Of a stretch of DNA of 64,000 nt, positions 52,476 through 62,668 are shown in pieces (the stretch's first letter is position 1; the number at the start of each line of letters is the position of its first letter). The DNA is from Candidatus Limnocylindrales bacterium (GTDB lineage: Bacteria; Chloroflexota; Limnocylindria; Limnocylindrales; CSP1-4). A program made the translations under genes and the position numbers. The stretch is from the NCBI GenBank assembly GCA_036404515.1, contig DASWZK010000016.1, forward strand, positions 17,869 through 81,868, read 5' to 3'. The notes under the pieces were generated by a model. The model had not been told where the DNA came from. It did not search any database and saw only the letters and a program-made list of their open reading frames with translations.

Positions 52476-53281
52476 GCGAGGATGACCTCCACTCCCGCGG
52501 CGCGAATCCTGGCGACCAGTTCGGGCGGAGCGCCGACGTCGGTGATCAGAAGGTCGACCTGGGAGAGAGGGATGATCGTCGTGAAACCGCTGCGGCCGAG
52601 TTTCGACGAATCGGCCAGCGCCACGACCCTTCTGGCGCGGCCCGCCATCGTGGCCCCAACCTCGGCAATCAGGACATGAGGCGTCGTGATCCCGTCTTCG
52701 AGAGTCAGGCCGTCGCAGCCGACGAAGGCCACGTCCGCCGAGAACCCCTTCAGGCTCAACACCGTCTGCGGCCCCACGAAGGCCTGGTAATCGGGGAGGA
52801 AGAGCCCGCCCAGGCAGAGCAGGCTCGGACCCTCGCCGGTGGCAACCTCCTGGACGACCAGTAGAGAATGCGTCACGGCGGTGAACGCATTGGCCGAACG
52901 CAGCTGGGCTGAAAGGTGCGCAGGGACCTGCGCGATCGTTGTTCCGGAGTCGAACAGGACCACGCTGCCAGGATCTATGAGGCTCGCGGCCACGGCGCCG
53001 ATCCGCCTCTTCTCCTCTGTATGCTCGTGCATCTTTGTCGCAACCACCGTGGAGCGCGCGGCGACCTGGACTGAGATCGCGGCGCCATGGACGCGCTTGA
53101 GTCGGCCGCGGGCCTCGAGAACCGCCAGGTCGCGACGGATGGAGGTTTCACTGACTCCGAAACACCCGGCTAGCGCGGAGACCTCGACCTCTTCCTGCTC
53201 CGCGACGAGCTCGACGATCCGTGCGCGCCGCTCACGCGCCCCCGTCGTTGCGCGCATCGCCTCCGGCAGAACGCCCCTCAT
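52472..53281 (-). CDS. DeoR/GlpR family transcriptional regulator
   Basis: N-terminal HTH (VSALAGCFGVSETSIRRDL) and C-terminal DeoR sugar-phosphate sensor domain. Start could be the internal ATG at 53257. Confidence 0.8.
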   Translation of the reverse strand: MRGVLPEAMRATTGARERRARIVELVAEQEEVEVSALAGCFGVSETSIRRDLAVLEARGRLKRVHGAAISVQVAARSTVVATKMHEHTEEKRRIGAVAASLIDPGSVVLFDSGTTIAQVPAHLSAQLRSANAFTAVTHSLLVVQEVATGEGPSLLCLGGLFLPDYQAFVGPQTVLSLKGFSADVAFVGCDGLTLEDGITTPHVLIAEVGATMAGRARRVVALADSSKLGRSGFTTIIPLSQVDLLITDVGAPPELVARIRAAGVEVILA

Positions 53282-54093
53282 TTGCCCATCCCCATCGTCA
53301 GGCCACGCACAAGGTGCCTCTGGAAGATCAGGTAGACGATGATCGCTGGCAGGGCGCTCACCAGGGATCCGGCCATCAGTGCGGGAACGTTCACCATCCG
53401 AGAACTCTGTAAGGTCGCCAGCCCAACCGTGATGGTCCGCACCTCCGGAGTCTGAAGGAACAGCAGCCCGATGAGGAGGTCGTCCCAGATCTGGATGAAC
53501 TGGAGCACCCCGACCGTGACTAGCGCCGGTGTAGCCAGCGGCAACATGACGCGTATGAAGATCTGCCAGTAGGAGGCGCCGTCTATCACCGCAGCCTCGA
53601 TGAGTTCGGTCGATACGCTCCGGAAGTACGTCGTCATCAGGTAGGTCGCGAATGGCGCCCCGAGCGCCGCGTACACGATGATCGCGCCCTGGTACTGGTT
53701 AACCCAGCCGATATGGCTGATGTTGACGAACTCCGGCAGGATGATGGACTGGACCGGCACCATCATCCCCGACAGCATGAGCAGGAAGACGACGCTCGAC
53801 CCGGGATAGCCCAGCTTGGCAAAGGCAAAACCGCCGGTCGAGCTAACGAGCAGGATGATCGCCACCGCCCCGAGCGTGACCACGGTCGAGTTCAGCAACT
53901 CCTGGAAGACGGGGATAACGGTGAAGAGCGTATTCCAGCTGTCCAGGGAGAACCCCGAGCCGGTAAGGTACTGCTGATATGATCGGAAGGACGTCAGCGC
54001 CATGAATACGAATGGAAAGAGCATGACGACGACGAGCAGCGAGAGGATGATGAAGATTGCCGTTCTATTCAGCTTGCGTCTGGCCTGATCCAT
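53278..54093 (-). CDS. carbohydrate ABC transporter permease (UgpE/MalG-like)
   Basis: 271 aa, 6 TM helices, EAA-like loop. Confidence 0.8.
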   Translation of the reverse strand: MDQARRKLNRTAIFIILSLLVVVMLFPFVFMALTSFRSYQQYLTGSGFSLDSWNTLFTVIPVFQELLNSTVVTLGAVAIILLVSSTGGFAFAKLGYPGSSVVFLLMLSGMMVPVQSIILPEFVNISHIGWVNQYQGAIIVYAALGAPFATYLMTTYFRSVSTELIEAAVIDGASYWQIFIRVMLPLATPALVTVGVLQFIQIWDDLLIGLLFLQTPEVRTITVGLATLQSSRMVNVPALMAGSLVSALPAIIVYLIFQRHLVRGLTMGMGK

Positions 54094-54102
54094 CAGGGGC
54101 CC

Positions 54103-55035
54103 TCAGTCCGACTGACTGCGAAATACGCGAAATTGGGCCAGCCAGATCACGAAGACGACCGCGAACAGAACCACGCCGATCGCCGCCGCCAGGCCAAACA
54201 CGCCCGTGTTGAAGCCCTTTTCGAACACGAAGAACTCCAGAGTTGTGGTCGCGAAACCTGGACCGCCCTGGGTCATGATGAAGATCAGGCTGAACAGCGC
54301 AGTGAAGGCAGTGATCACCGTGAGGATGAACGCGAACTGGATAAAGCGCATCAGCATCGGGATAGTCACATAGAAGAGCGTGGACCAGGCGCCTGCGCCG
54401 TCGACGCGCGCTGCCTCATAGATCTCTCGGTCGAGAGTCGCCATGCCAGTGATGAATATGATCGTGTTCGTCCCGAAGACAGACCAGATGAACGTGATGA
54501 TGACGGCGAGGATCGCCGTCGAGTTACTCGACAGAAGGTCTGTGTGGATTCCGCCCAGTCCGATTGTCTCCAGAGTGCTATTGAGGATCCCTTCCGAGGC
54601 GAAGAAGCGGATTGCGACCATACCGATGACGACCCACGAGATCGCGGTCGGCAGGAAGTAGGCCGAGCGGAAGAAGCGCCAGCCGAGCACGTGCTCATTG
54701 AGCAGGAAGGCGACCATCAACGGGATCAGGATCGCCAGAGGAATCGAGGCCAGCAGGATCGCATTGTTCGACACCACCTGCCAGAAGGTCGAGTCGGCGA
54801 ATAGTTGACGGTAATTGTCGGTGCCGATCCAGGTGGACGTGATGCCATTCCAGGTCGTGAAGCTGTAGTAGAACGTCTGCACGATCGGAATGGCGAGGAA
54901 GCCCGTCACGAGGAGGACTACCGGAAGGCTGAAGACGATGCCAGCTCGCCGGCGTGCCCGAGCCAGCTGCCCGCGCCGTGCCGGTGTCTTGCTCACTGGT
55001 CCGCTGCCTCGCTCTGGAGATGTCAGTCGGGCCAT
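54103..55035 (-). CDS. carbohydrate ABC transporter permease (UgpA/MalF-like)
   Basis: 310 aa, 6 TM helices, EAA motif region (IYEAARVDGAG). Confidence 0.8.
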   Translation of the reverse strand: MARLTSPERGSGPVSKTPARRGQLARARRRAGIVFSLPVVLLVTGFLAIPIVQTFYYSFTTWNGITSTWIGTDNYRQLFADSTFWQVVSNNAILLASIPLAILIPLMVAFLLNEHVLGWRFFRSAYFLPTAISWVVIGMVAIRFFASEGILNSTLETIGLGGIHTDLLSSNSTAILAVIITFIWSVFGTNTIIFITGMATLDREIYEAARVDGAGAWSTLFYVTIPMLMRFIQFAFILTVITAFTALFSLIFIMTQGGPGFATTTLEFFVFEKGFNTGVFGLAAAIGVVLFAVVFVIWLAQFRVFRSQSD

Positions 55036-55064
55036 CGTCGATGGCCCGACTGACAGTGTGTGAT

Positions 55065-56384
55065 CTACTGGTAGCTAGTCGCCGATCTGCGATCGGCCGG
55101 CAATGCCATCAGCGCGTCCTGCATCTTCTGCAGCGCATCTTGGGTCGACATCGTTCCGGCGAACGCGGCGACAAGCACCGTGCTCGCGACAGACTGCACT
55201 TCAGGCTGGATCACGTTGTCGATCATCGGATAGCGGGTGTAGCCCTTGGTCGCCGCATAGCTCAGGAGGTCCTGGGCAAGCGGGTCGGTGGTCGTCATCC
55301 CCTGGATGGCGGGGATGAGACCGGCAGCGTTGATGATGCTCTGGGCTTCGGGGGTGGCCATGTATGCAAGGAAGTCCGCTGCGACTGCCTTGTTCGGGCA
55401 GTAATTGGTCATTGCGAAGCCATCACCGGGGAATTCGACGATGCCCTTGATCGGCTGATCGCTGAACGGCGGGACGAAGACGCCAACGTTGGATCCGAGC
55501 GCCTGCTCGGCGGCTGAAATCGCCCAAGTTCCTTCCATAGTCATCGCAGCATCACCCGCGAGGAACTGCTGCCAGGATTCAGTGTCATTCAGGACGTCCT
55601 GGTTCGTGTACCCGTCCTGATACAGCGCCACCCACTTGTCGAGCTGCGCCTTGATCGTCGGGTCGGTCCACGGCAGGGCACCGGTGTAGAGCTTCTGCCA
55701 GTCGGCGACGGGCAGGAACATCATCATGTAGCTGAGGTCGTAGAACGGGTAGAACCCGGCGGTGAGGCCCTGGGCGCCGGTGCCGTACACAAAGGGCTGA
55801 ATGCCCGCATCCTTGAGCAGCTTGGCATCGGCCATCAGCTCAGTCCAGTCGGTCGGTAGAGTCGTAATCCCGGCCTTGGCGAAGAGTGCCTTGTTGTAGA
55901 ACCCGTTGTACGTCTGCATCTCGAGCGGCACGGTATACACGCCGTCGGCCGGGTTGAAGTTGTTCGATCCCCACTCGATGCCCTTGAATTGGTTCAGGGT
56001 GGCCATGGGGATGTAGCTGTTGAGCGGCTCGAGGTAGCTCTCGTTCTGGAGCGTGAACAGGCCGGTCCACTGAGTCGCGAGGCAGGGCCCGGTCTTCGAA
56101 ATGGCGGCTGCCGTCAGCAAGTCGAAGTAGTTGTTCGCAGGCTGGCTCACCACCTGGATCGTGACGTTCGGGTGGAGGGCCTCATAGGCCTTGACCAGGT
56201 TTTCGGTCGCCGTGGCGTTGGACTCGGTCCCGTAGTTGTGCCACAGGCTGATAGTCACAGGTGCCGTCCCGGCACCGGACCCGTTTGCAGCTGGGGCCGT
56301 ACTCGAGCTGCTGCTGCAACCGGCGACGAGGCTGGCTGCGACCACGCTGGCCAGGGCCACCGCGGCGAATCTTCGGTACACCAT
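55065..56384 (-). CDS. ABC transporter extracellular solute-binding lipoprotein (family 1, sugar)
   Basis: Lipobox LVAGC after a signal peptide. Start set at the ATG with an AGGAAGAAGGA SD; the track ORF extends to 56450. Confidence 0.8.
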   Translation of the reverse strand: MVYRRFAAVALASVVAASLVAGCSSSSSTAPAANGSGAGTAPVTISLWHNYGTESNATATENLVKAYEALHPNVTIQVVSQPANNYFDLLTAAAISKTGPCLATQWTGLFTLQNESYLEPLNSYIPMATLNQFKGIEWGSNNFNPADGVYTVPLEMQTYNGFYNKALFAKAGITTLPTDWTELMADAKLLKDAGIQPFVYGTGAQGLTAGFYPFYDLSYMMMFLPVADWQKLYTGALPWTDPTIKAQLDKWVALYQDGYTNQDVLNDTESWQQFLAGDAAMTMEGTWAISAAEQALGSNVGVFVPPFSDQPIKGIVEFPGDGFAMTNYCPNKAVAADFLAYMATPEAQSIINAAGLIPAIQGMTTTDPLAQDLLSYAATKGYTRYPMIDNVIQPEVQSVASTVLVAAFAGTMSTQDALQKMQDALMALPADRRSATSYQ

Positions 56385-56802
56385 CGGATCCTTCTTCCTC
56401 CCGTGGGCCCGGCCGCGACGCGGACGTTGCGAGGACGGGCGACGAATCACCGCGTTGGCGGGCCAGCCCGGTCCTCCCTAGCGGTCGAGCGTGAAGCGAG
56501 CATCCATTGTGCTCGGACGGAGTGTATTCGTGCGGAGTACGAGCGTCAATCGGGCGCCCACCACAACTTCAAGTGGCCGGCAGAGGGCTCGTACGGGCAA
56601 ACTGCGGGCATAAGTGGCGCCTTCTGATCACCAAACGAGCACGAAACACAAGATGATGAACCAGACTGGACGCCTTGTGCTAGTCTTTCGATCATTCTGT
56701 GGCAACGCGGTAGCCGCGCCTGGCGGTTCGCGCAAGCAGCGAGCAACGGCGACAGCAACGAGGCCCCTGGTAGTCGCCAGCAGATCCGAAGGAGGGTTCA
56801 GG

Positions 56803-57618
56803 GTGTCGACGGGCGAGTCGATCAGGCTCCAGCGCCTCTTCGACGGTGGGCAGAATATCGTGATCGTGGCGATTGACCACGGCCTCTACAACGGGCCACG
56901 CCCGGGCTTCGAGAACCTCGCTCCGATCGTGGATCGACTTCGCGGAGCCGACGGGATCCTGCTCAGCCCGGGTATGGTTTCCCATGTCCGGTCGGTCTTC
57001 GAGCACCGCGGCGCACCCGCGCTGATCCTCCGCCTCAACTGGGGCACGCAATACGCCACCCAGTGGGACTACAAAGAGAGCCGGAGCGTGCCGATGATCT
57101 CCGCGGCGCAGGCGGTGTCGCTTGGGGCGGACATCGTGCTCGTCGGCATGTCTATCAAAACGGGCTCGGAGGCCGTCGACGCGGAGAACGTGGCTCAGAC
57201 CGCTCGTTGCGTGGCGGAGAAGCGCGAGGTCGGTGTCCCGATCATCGGCGAGGTCTATCCGGCCGGTCACGAGGACATCGCGCCCGAGGAACGGCACGAG
57301 CAGATCTCGATCGGCTGCCGGATCGCCGCCGAACTTGGTGCCGACATGGTCAAAACCTTCCACACCGGCGAGCGTTTTGCCGAAATCGTTCGCTCGACGC
57401 CGGTGCCCATACTGGCCCTCGGTTCGAGGAAGCTGCCGCATGAGGTCGACGCGCTCGAGCTTGCCGCGACGGCCATCCGAGACGGCGCCCGAGGCGTGGT
57501 CTTTGGCCGGAACGTGATCCAGGCACGCAGCCCGGAGCGATTCCTCGAGGCGCTCCAGGAGGTCGTCAAGAACGGCGCGGAGCCGGCGGCGGCCGCTGCG
57601 AAGCACGGGCTGGCCTGA
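56803..57618 (+). CDS. class I aldolase of DhnA/FbaB (archaeal-type FBP aldolase / DeoC-LacD superfamily) family
   Basis: 271 aa from GTG with AAGGAGG 7 nt upstream. IVAIDHG, Schiff-base Lys context DMVKTF. The track ORF begins at 56614. Confidence 0.7.
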   Translation: MSTGESIRLQRLFDGGQNIVIVAIDHGLYNGPRPGFENLAPIVDRLRGADGILLSPGMVSHVRSVFEHRGAPALILRLNWGTQYATQWDYKESRSVPMISAAQAVSLGADIVLVGMSIKTGSEAVDAENVAQTARCVAEKREVGVPIIGEVYPAGHEDIAPEERHEQISIGCRIAAELGADMVKTFHTGERFAEIVRSTPVPILALGSRKLPHEVDALELAATAIRDGARGVVFGRNVIQARSPERFLEALQEVVKNGAEPAAAAAKHGLA

Positions 57619-57636
57619 AACGCGGCTCGGCTCGCG

Positions 57637-59157
57637 ATGACCATTCTGCTCGGTCTGGATGTGGGGACGACCTCGGTCAAGGCCGGCCTTTTCGATGAGT
57701 CGGGGCGCCGCCTGGCGACCGCCGCGGATGAGTACCGAATCGACCATCCAACGCCCGACCGGGCCGAGCTCGACCCCGAGACGTACTGGTCGGCGACCGT
57801 GACCGCCATCCGCCGGGCCCTCGCGGTTTCGGGCGCGGACCCGGCCCAACTCGCAGCCATCGCGGTCAGCAGCCAGGGCGAAACGGTCATCCCGGTCGAT
57901 GCCGTCGGCAGACCGCTTGGTCCTGCTCTCGTCTGGCTTGACAACCGGGCCGGGGCGGAGGCGCGATGGCTGGCGGAGCGGTTCGGAGACGCGGCAGTTT
58001 ACGAACGCACTGGCATCCCGTCCATAAACCCGACCTGGACCGCCTGCAAGATCCTCTGGTGGCGCCGGAACGAACCCGACGTGTTCGCGCATGCGCGACG
58101 ATTCCTCCTGGTCGAGGACTTCATCCTTCACCGGCTCTCGGGCCGGTTCGTGACCGACGGCGCGGTCAACTGCACGTCGCTGCTCTACGACATCCGCGAC
58201 CATGGCTGGTGGGGTCCAATGCTCGAGGCGATCGGGATCGAGCCCGGGCACCTCCCCGAGATCGTCCGGCCCGGATCCGTCGTGGGGACCCTCTCCCCGG
58301 CCGCCTCGAGGGCGCTCGGCCTGCCGTCCACCGTGCGGGTCGTTTCCGGCGGGATGGACCAGTGCACCGGCGCCGTCGGTGTCGGCAATATCGACGGCGG
58401 GGTCGTATCCGAGAGCACCGGCGGCGCTTTGACGCTACAGGCCTCGGTCGATCGCCACGGCCTGGACCTGACCGGCCAAACGCCGGTCTACGTCCACTCC
58501 GCACCGAACCGGTACCTGTATTGTCCGGTCTGCCCCACCGGCGGGATGGCCCTGACGTGGTTTCGTGACCAGTTCGGCGGCGAGGAAGTGGCCCTGGCGG
58601 CCCGGGACGGCCGCAGCGCATACGACCTGCTGACGGAGCTGGCCGCCCAGGCTCCACCCGGGGCCGAAGGCTTGACGATGCTGCCCCATCTGATGGGAGC
58701 GTTCAGCCCGGAATACGACCCGGAGGCCCGCGGGGTCTTTTACGGGTTCACTCTGCGCCACGGAAAACCCCACTTCGTGAGAGCCGTCCTCGAGGCCGTC
58801 GCGTTCATGCTCAGGCGGAACCTGGAGTTGCTCGCCGGCGTCGGAGCCGGGGCCTCCGAAATCCGGTCCCACGGAGGCGGCGCTCGCAGCGCCCTCTGGA
58901 ACCAGATCAAGGCGGATGTCTGCGGACTGCCCGTCGTAACGCTTCAGGGCGAAGATGCTGCGGTTCGGGGCGACGCGATGCTCGCCGGAGTCGCCACGGA
59001 CACCTTCCGGGATCTAGCCGAGGCCGGTGCGGCGATGATCGAAACGCTCGGCCGATACGAGCCCACTGTCGCCTTGCGCCCGGTCTATGACGAGGCCTAT
59101 GCGCGCTACCTGCGACTCTTCGACGCGCTTCGCCCGCTCTTCCACGCAACCGGTTGA
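57637..59157 (+). CDS. FGGY-family carbohydrate kinase (xylulokinase/ribulokinase-like)
   Basis: 506 aa. N-terminal LGLDVGTTSVKAGLF, FGGY_N/FGGY_C architecture. Confidence 0.85.
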   Translation: MTILLGLDVGTTSVKAGLFDESGRRLATAADEYRIDHPTPDRAELDPETYWSATVTAIRRALAVSGADPAQLAAIAVSSQGETVIPVDAVGRPLGPALVWLDNRAGAEARWLAERFGDAAVYERTGIPSINPTWTACKILWWRRNEPDVFAHARRFLLVEDFILHRLSGRFVTDGAVNCTSLLYDIRDHGWWGPMLEAIGIEPGHLPEIVRPGSVVGTLSPAASRALGLPSTVRVVSGGMDQCTGAVGVGNIDGGVVSESTGGALTLQASVDRHGLDLTGQTPVYVHSAPNRYLYCPVCPTGGMALTWFRDQFGGEEVALAARDGRSAYDLLTELAAQAPPGAEGLTMLPHLMGAFSPEYDPEARGVFYGFTLRHGKPHFVRAVLEAVAFMLRRNLELLAGVGAGASEIRSHGGGARSALWNQIKADVCGLPVVTLQGEDAAVRGDAMLAGVATDTFRDLAEAGAAMIETLGRYEPTVALRPVYDEAYARYLRLFDALRPLFHATG

Positions 59158-59223
59158 CGGGCCGCGCCTGTCACAATCGACCTCAGAATCGGTGCCAGCC
59201 AGACGAAAGCAGAAGGTGAACCT

Positions 59224-60612
59224 ATGGCGGTGAGAGCGAAGATCGGCCTCCTCGTGATGGCGCTCCTCGAGGACGACTACAACAAGACTGCCCATATGCG
59301 GCCCGCAGCGACAGCCGCCGCTCAGGGCATCGCCGACATACTTGGCGAGTACGGGGATGTCATCCACGCCGGCCTCGTGGAGGAGGAGAGACATGCCGCG
59401 GCTGCGGCGCGTCTCTTCAACTCGCAGGACGTAGACATCATCGTGGCGATGGAGCTCGCCTATACGAAGGGCGCAGTGCCGGCCCGAGTCCTGATCGACA
59501 CCACCGCACCGGTCCTCGTCTGGAACGCCCAGAAGATATCCCGTCTCGGCGAGAGCGATGACTTCGACGTGGTGATGCTCAACTCGGGTATGGCGGGCGT
59601 CCCCGAGCTGACGGCCGTGCTGCTCAGGACCGGCCGCGACTTCACCATGGTCACTTCGCGCCTCGACGACCCCGACGGCAGACGGAAGGTGCGGGACGTA
59701 ATCGCCGCGGCAGCCGTCCGCCGCCGCCTCCGCACGGCCCGAGTCGCGCTCGTGGGCCATCCCTTCGAGGGCATGACCGATCTCATGCTCGACGGACTCT
59801 CGCTCCGCCAGGACATCGGACCCATCGTGTGGCCGCTCGAGCCGGAGAAGATAGCGGTCCGGTTCGGTGAGATCCCGCAGTCCGATGTGGATTCGACCAT
59901 TGCGGCCGAACGCGCTCGATACGACGTCGCCATGGAGCCCGCGCTGTTCGAGCGGTCGGTACGTCTGGCGCTCGCGATCGAGTTGACCGTGCGAGACGGC
60001 GGGTTCGATGCTTTCACGGCGTTCGACCAGGTGTGGCTGACCGACCCACGAGTGGGCATCATTCCGTCTTACGGGACCGGCCGCCTGTGCGAGATCGGGA
60101 TCCCGGCTGCCCCCGAGGGTGACGTGAACTGCGCCGTCGCACAGCTCATCCTCCAGGAGTTCGCAGGCCAGGCGACCACCGTCGAGAACTACGTCATCGA
60201 CTTCGAGAACAACGCCGTCATGTTCTCGCATGACGGCCACGGCAACCCCGCCCTGGCCACGCCCGGCGAGGTCAAGGTCAAGCACTCCATCTACTACCAC
60301 GGGGTCCACGGGTTCGGCGCCGGCTTCGAGTTCGCCTACCAAAGCGGGCCGGTTACCAATCTCGCCCTCGTGACAACGGGCGAGAACCGGTGGCGGTTCG
60401 TTATCTCCGAGGGCGAGTTCCTGCCGTTCCCTCCCCGCCCCATCTCGGCACCGCAGACGCTCTTCCGCCACGGGACGCTCCCCATAGACGAGTGGTGCAA
60501 CGAATGGTGCGCGGCGGGCGCTCCGCATCACATGGCTGCGGCTCAGGGTCGCTGGACGGAACAGCTGCTCGATCTCGCGCAGATGCTCGGGATCGAAGCG
60601 GTCGTCGTGTAG
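59224..60612 (+). CDS. L-arabinose/L-fucose isomerase family sugar isomerase
   Basis: 462 aa. AraA/FucI-like three-domain pattern with His/Glu metal site region (FSHDGHGNP). Confidence 0.65.
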   Translation: MAVRAKIGLLVMALLEDDYNKTAHMRPAATAAAQGIADILGEYGDVIHAGLVEEERHAAAAARLFNSQDVDIIVAMELAYTKGAVPARVLIDTTAPVLVWNAQKISRLGESDDFDVVMLNSGMAGVPELTAVLLRTGRDFTMVTSRLDDPDGRRKVRDVIAAAAVRRRLRTARVALVGHPFEGMTDLMLDGLSLRQDIGPIVWPLEPEKIAVRFGEIPQSDVDSTIAAERARYDVAMEPALFERSVRLALAIELTVRDGGFDAFTAFDQVWLTDPRVGIIPSYGTGRLCEIGIPAAPEGDVNCAVAQLILQEFAGQATTVENYVIDFENNAVMFSHDGHGNPALATPGEVKVKHSIYYHGVHGFGAGFEFAYQSGPVTNLALVTTGENRWRFVISEGEFLPFPPRPISAPQTLFRHGTLPIDEWCNEWCAAGAPHHMAAAQGRWTEQLLDLAQMLGIEAVVV

Positions 60613-60826
60613 GGCCCAGCCGGCCGCGCCAAACGAAGTCAACGACGGATGCTCCGCCTCCTGGCTGACTGAGACAACCGGCAACCTGATAGACACGCGG
60701 CCGCCGGATACGGGACTATGCAAGAACGACCGCAATCTGGCCTGTCTTCGCCGTTCGAGCCGCGGTCGCGCATCATAGGCAGGGCGCGGCGCCAGTCGGT
60801 CACGTTTGCCCGTCAGGAGGGAAGCC

Positions 60827-61279
60827 ATGAGCGTCACTTTCCAGCACGTCCCGCATCCGCACATCGCCAAGCGCAAGGAGTCGGGACCGCCGAAGACGAC
60901 GGACGAGCACGTCGGGTTCAACGGCCGGGTCGCCCTGATCCTCACCACAGTCGTGGGCACGATGTGGTGCGCCTACGCCTTCGCGTGCCTCGCCCTTGTC
61001 GCGCTGCCATCGGCTACCGGCAGCCCGCTCCTGCTCATCCAGTGGGTCAGCCAGACGTTCATCCAGTTGGTCATGCTCTCGGTCATCATGGTCGGCCAGA
61101 ACATCCTCTCCCGAGCCTCCGACAAGCGGGCCGACATGACGTACCAGGATGCCGATGCCACCTTCCACGAGGCCGGGCAGATCCAGGCGCACCTGATGGA
61201 GCAGGATCACGCGATCAACGAGCTGCTCGACAAGGTCGCCGGCCTCGAGGCGGCGCTGATCAAGGCGAAGAACGCCTGA
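60827..61279 (+). CDS. DUF1003 family membrane protein
   Basis: 150 aa from ATG with CAGGAGGG SD. Two TM helices plus conserved DUF1003-like core (GSPLLLIQWVSQTFIQLVMLSVIMVGQN). Confidence 0.6.
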   Translation: MSVTFQHVPHPHIAKRKESGPPKTTDEHVGFNGRVALILTTVVGTMWCAYAFACLALVALPSATGSPLLLIQWVSQTFIQLVMLSVIMVGQNILSRASDKRADMTYQDADATFHEAGQIQAHLMEQDHAINELLDKVAGLEAALIKAKNA

Positions 61280-61378
61280 GGGCCGGCGCCAGGCCGGGTT
61301 CGACTGGATCGATTCGAGTGCGCGAGGGAACGGTGCCGCAGCCGAAAGACGCCGCGTACAGTCGCTATCCTGCGGACC

Positions 61379-62668
61379 ATGGCTGAGCTCGCGTTTCCAC
61401 CCGGTTTTCTCTGGGGAACCGCCACGGCCGCGCATCAGGTCGAGGGCGGCAACTCCAACAGCGACTGGTGGGAATGGGAACTGAAACCGGGCACTCCATG
61501 CAAAGAGCCGAGCGGCGCCGCGATCGACCACTACAACCGCTACGGACGCGACGTGGAGACGCTCGCCGGGTTGGGCTTCAACACCTACCGCTTCTCAGTG
61601 GAGTGGGCCCGCATCGAGCCGAGCGAGGGCGTCTTCGACGAGACCCAGCTCGAGCACTACCGCCGCATGGTTGCTGCCGTCCGCAACTGCAAGCTCGTCC
61701 CGATGGTCACGCTCAACCACTTCACGCTGCCGATCTGGGTCGCGAAGCAGGGCGGCTGGCTGGCGGAGGCGACACCGGCCCTCTTCGAGCGCTACGTCCG
61801 GCGCGCAGTTGAAGCCCTCGGCGAAGCTGTCGACTGGTACTGCACGATCAACGAGCCGGGCGTCGTTGCCTTCGGCGGCTACATGGGTGCCCTAGGCTTC
61901 CCGCCCGGGACACACGGCCTGGCCAACTGGAAGCGGGCGGCGCGCGGTCTGATCCAGGGTCATCGGCGGGCACGCGCGGCCGTCAAGGAGTTCCGCCCGG
62001 GCGCTCACGTCGGGCAGACCCATTCGATGCAGGAGTGGGAGTCCAACGCCGGCGGTCGACCGGCGATGGAGTACGCGCGGCGCATGGGTGAAGACATCTA
62101 CCTCGAAGCATCGAAGGAGGACGACTTCGTCGGTGTCCAGACCTACACTCGCGCCCGGCTGGACATGCCCAGACCCATCGGCTGGCTGGCGAAGGCCGCC
62201 CTCGCGGTCGATCCCATCGAGAAGCTGGTCGTGTCGCAGACGGTCGGACGCCAGACCGGCGGCAACCCCACCGTCGATGCCCGAGACGGCATCCGGCGCA
62301 CGCAGATGGGCTACGAGTTCCGGCCCGAGGCAGTGGCTGCGACGGTCCGTCGAGCGGCCGAACTCCTGCCGGGCAAGCCGATAGTGGTCACGGAGCACGG
62401 CGTCGCCACGGCCAACGACGCGGAACGCGTCGAGTTCATCACCGAGGGCCTGAAGGCCCTTCACGCAGTCCTGGGCGAGGGTATCCCTCTGCGTGGCTAC
62501 GTTCATTGGAGCGCCTTCGACAACTTCGAGTGGGCGCTCGGTTACGCCATGCAGTTCGGCCTCATCGCCGTCGACCGGGCCACGCAGGAGCGAACTCCCA
62601 AGCGGTCGGCGCGCTTTCTGGGCGGGATCGCCAGGGCCAACTACCTCGAGGTCACGGACCCCGGATAG
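61379..62668 (+). CDS. GH1 family beta-glucosidase/beta-galactosidase
   Basis: 429 aa. N-terminal FLWGTATAAHQVEG, acid/base TINEP, nucleophile VTEHG. Confidence 0.9.
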   Translation: MAELAFPPGFLWGTATAAHQVEGGNSNSDWWEWELKPGTPCKEPSGAAIDHYNRYGRDVETLAGLGFNTYRFSVEWARIEPSEGVFDETQLEHYRRMVAAVRNCKLVPMVTLNHFTLPIWVAKQGGWLAEATPALFERYVRRAVEALGEAVDWYCTINEPGVVAFGGYMGALGFPPGTHGLANWKRAARGLIQGHRRARAAVKEFRPGAHVGQTHSMQEWESNAGGRPAMEYARRMGEDIYLEASKEDDFVGVQTYTRARLDMPRPIGWLAKAALAVDPIEKLVVSQTVGRQTGGNPTVDARDGIRRTQMGYEFRPEAVAATVRRAAELLPGKPIVVTEHGVATANDAERVEFITEGLKALHAVLGEGIPLRGYVHWSAFDNFEWALGYAMQFGLIAVDRATQERTPKRSARFLGGIARANYLEVTDPG

